IMG/VR virus record: IMGVR_UViG_3300045922_000571
Coordinates: 1 to 50,638 of that record
Source: a virus
Taxonomy: Duplodnaviria > Caudoviricetes
Reading direction: 5' to 3' (one strand)
Length of the DNA: 50,638 nt
Part shown: positions 50,024 to 50,638 of the stretch, piece after piece
Layout: every line of letters begins with the position of its first letter
Position numbering within the stretch: position 1 is the stretch's first letter
Position numbers and translations under genes: made by a program
The notes under the pieces: generated by a model
Database searches by the model: none
Seen by the model: only the letters and a program-made list of their open reading frames with translations
Told to the model about the DNA's origin: nothing

Positions 50024-50638
50024 TCATGCCGCACTCTCCAGCCGCGCGAAGACCTTGATGCGCCGCGGCCCGGTCTGCTCCGACACGACGTACTGCTCCT
50101 GCTCCGCCGGGGCCATGACCTGGTCGAGCGCGGAGAGCGGGAACTGGCAGTACTTGAGGAATCGCCTCTGCCCGAGCGCGCGATAGAGCGCGAGCATCGA
50201 CCGGATACGGCGCTCGACGGCGCGCGGCGAGACCTCCGCCGCGAAGTGCGCGCCCTCGAGCGCGAAGCTCTGCCCGGCAGGCTCGTGCTCGTACCAGCCC
50301 ACGACCTTGCGCCGGAGCTGGTCGTACCGCTCCTGCACCTGCCGCAGCTCATGGAGGCGCACGCTCAGTGCGCCGAGCTCGTCCACCGCAGCCGCGATCT
50401 CATCGAGGCTCGGCCGCGGCATCTGGATTAGCTTGCCCATGCCCGCATAATCGACGCCGTCCACGGGCGCGATAACGCCGGCGCGGAGATGCCGCAGCGC
50501 GCGCTGCTCGATCTGCGCCACCGCCGCCTGCGTGACGCCCAGTTCCGCCGCCGCGCCGCGCTGGCTCAGCCCCGCGCGGTAGCGCAGCCACACCACCACG
50601 CGCTGCCGCGCCGTGAGCAGCGCCGTCGCCCGCGCCAC
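50024..50638 (-). CDS. Sigma-70-family factor, C-terminal part (region 4 plus an extra domain of about 140 aa)
   Basis: LTARQRVVVWLRYRAGLSQRGAAAELGVTQAAVAQIEQRALRHLR is region 4; continues from 502 across the junction. Confidence 0.88.
   Translation of the reverse strand: MARATALLTARQRVVVWLRYRAGLSQRGAAAELGVTQAAVAQIEQRALRHLRAGVIAPVDGVDYAGMGKLIQMPRPSLDEIAAAVDELGALSVRLHELRQVQERYDQLRRKVVGWYEHEPAGQSFALEGAHFAAEVSPRAVERRIRSMLALYRALGQRRFLKYCQFPLSALDQVMAPAEQEQYVVSEQTGPRRIKVFARLESAA
50512..50638. repeat. 127-bp terminal direct repeat, copy 2
   Basis: Identical to 1-127. Confidence 0.97.

Overview
This window is best read as one complete circular bacteriophage genome of 50,511 bp, because nt 1-127 repeat exactly at 50512-50638 (an assembly overlap). 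It is very GC-rich and organised like a P22-type short-tailed phage. The minus strand carries a long late operon. It starts with a sigma-70-like gene spanning the junction, a sigma-region-4 protein, a Zn-finger/Q-like regulator and a small serine recombinase. These are followed by TerS, TerL, small membrane genes, portal, scaffold and P22-type coat. The tail block has four tandem gp4-like adaptors, a gp10-like hub, tail or receptor-binding proteins, a GNAT and two ejection-type proteins. The operon ends in a 5142-aa polyvalent DarB-like protein (SLT, wHTH, ParB-like, ART-like, GNAT, N6-MTase and strawberry-notch helicase regions). The plus strand carries an Xis-like HTH gene, early hypothetical genes, a PD-(D/E)XK nuclease, a wHTH replication-initiator-like gene, an HNH nuclease, an AcrIII-1/DUF1874 homologue and two virion-like genes. 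The most notable observations are: (1) a 151-aa gene overprinted inside the giant ORF; (2) quadruplicated head-tail adaptors; (3) an AcrIII-1 homologue with Tyr at the catalytic His position; (4) iteron-like repeats shared between the rep-like gene and a distant AT-rich, hairpin-forming region; (5) a T-depleted repeat array with stacked hairpins next to xis; and (6) three adjacent sigma-related regulators. I recognised no integrase, endolysin, tRNA or CRISPR array. All family calls come from reading motifs by eye; no database searches were run. An Acidobacteriota host is my impression only.
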